A DNA stretch of 64,000 bases from Octopus sinensis. Taxonomy: Eukaryota. Under the pieces are notes generated by a model. The model was not told the DNA's origin. It made no database searches and saw nothing but the letters and a program-made list of their open reading frames with translations. The DNA is taken from NCBI RefSeq assembly GCF_006345805.1, contig NC_043013.1, positions 6,014,001-6,078,000 of the forward strand. The letters are read 5' to 3'. The translations under genes were made by a program, and so were the position numbers. This document shows positions 63,496 through 64,000 of this stretch, one piece after another (within the stretch, counting starts at the first letter, position 1; the number at the start of each line of letters is the position of its first letter).

Positions 63496-64000
63496 GAAGG
63501 TGAGCACAAGCAGGCGGTGTTCAGTCTGCATCGTGAATAGTAGACAAAGAGCTAAAGGTTTGATGTCACTACCATACCAAGTTTTAGAAAATTAACTTTG
63601 TGCTTACAAAAATGATCAGAATAGTTCCTGGTCAAGAAAAATTTTCAATTGTGGTTATTGGGTTGAATTTCATAAAATGAGATCTAAATGTAAATGGTTG
63701 CTGGTTCAGACGGATGTAACAAGCAAGACTCGGGTTTCAGTAATTAGGTCAAACTAAGAAAAGTTTGAGTTGGTTGTTATATCAATCGCTGCTGGAAGAG
63801 AGGATTGCCCAAAGAAAATTTTGAATAAGATGGTTAGAGAAGGCAGTCAATAGAAAGGCAGACACTCATAGAAAATTAAAACAAGGTTTTTGACCGGAAG
63901 GGCATTTAGTAGTTGTAAAGTGTTCACATCAAGAATTCAAAGTGGATAGCAATTTGTACTGTTAGCTAAACAACTGTTAAAAAGTCATATTCAAAAAATT

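Overview
This is AT-rich, microsatellite-rich eukaryotic DNA. Its SINE, RTE and Penelope repeat families match my recollection of Octopus repeats (inference, not a database result). I can support no intact protein-coding gene: most ORF-track entries are translated (TA)n/(CA)n/(TAA)n microsatellites or repeat fragments. The clearest feature is a full-length-looking 7SL (SRP) RNA gene on the minus strand (49655-49363). It has an AT/TATA-like element and four copies of an 18-19 bp motif upstream. It has no oligo-T Pol III terminator; its 3' end instead runs directly into the same-sense 3' tail of the local RTE-type retroposon, a candidate 7SL-RTE chimera or nascent SINE. Minimal type I hammerhead ribozyme folds occur in two repeat families (about 18.9, 28.3 and 40.9 kb), and one more hammerhead-like fold lies in apparently unique DNA (10.85 kb). 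Other elements: an R4/Dong-like endonuclease relic in (TAA)n, two mariner relics, Helitron- and Helentron-like elements, piggyBac-type MITEs, RTE and CR1-like RT fragments, and dozens of tRNA-derived SINEs. A CpG-retaining domain at about 3.2-14 kb carries promoter-like motifs, which suggests the flanks are gene bodies or introns. All structure calls were made by eye; repeat boundaries are approximate.
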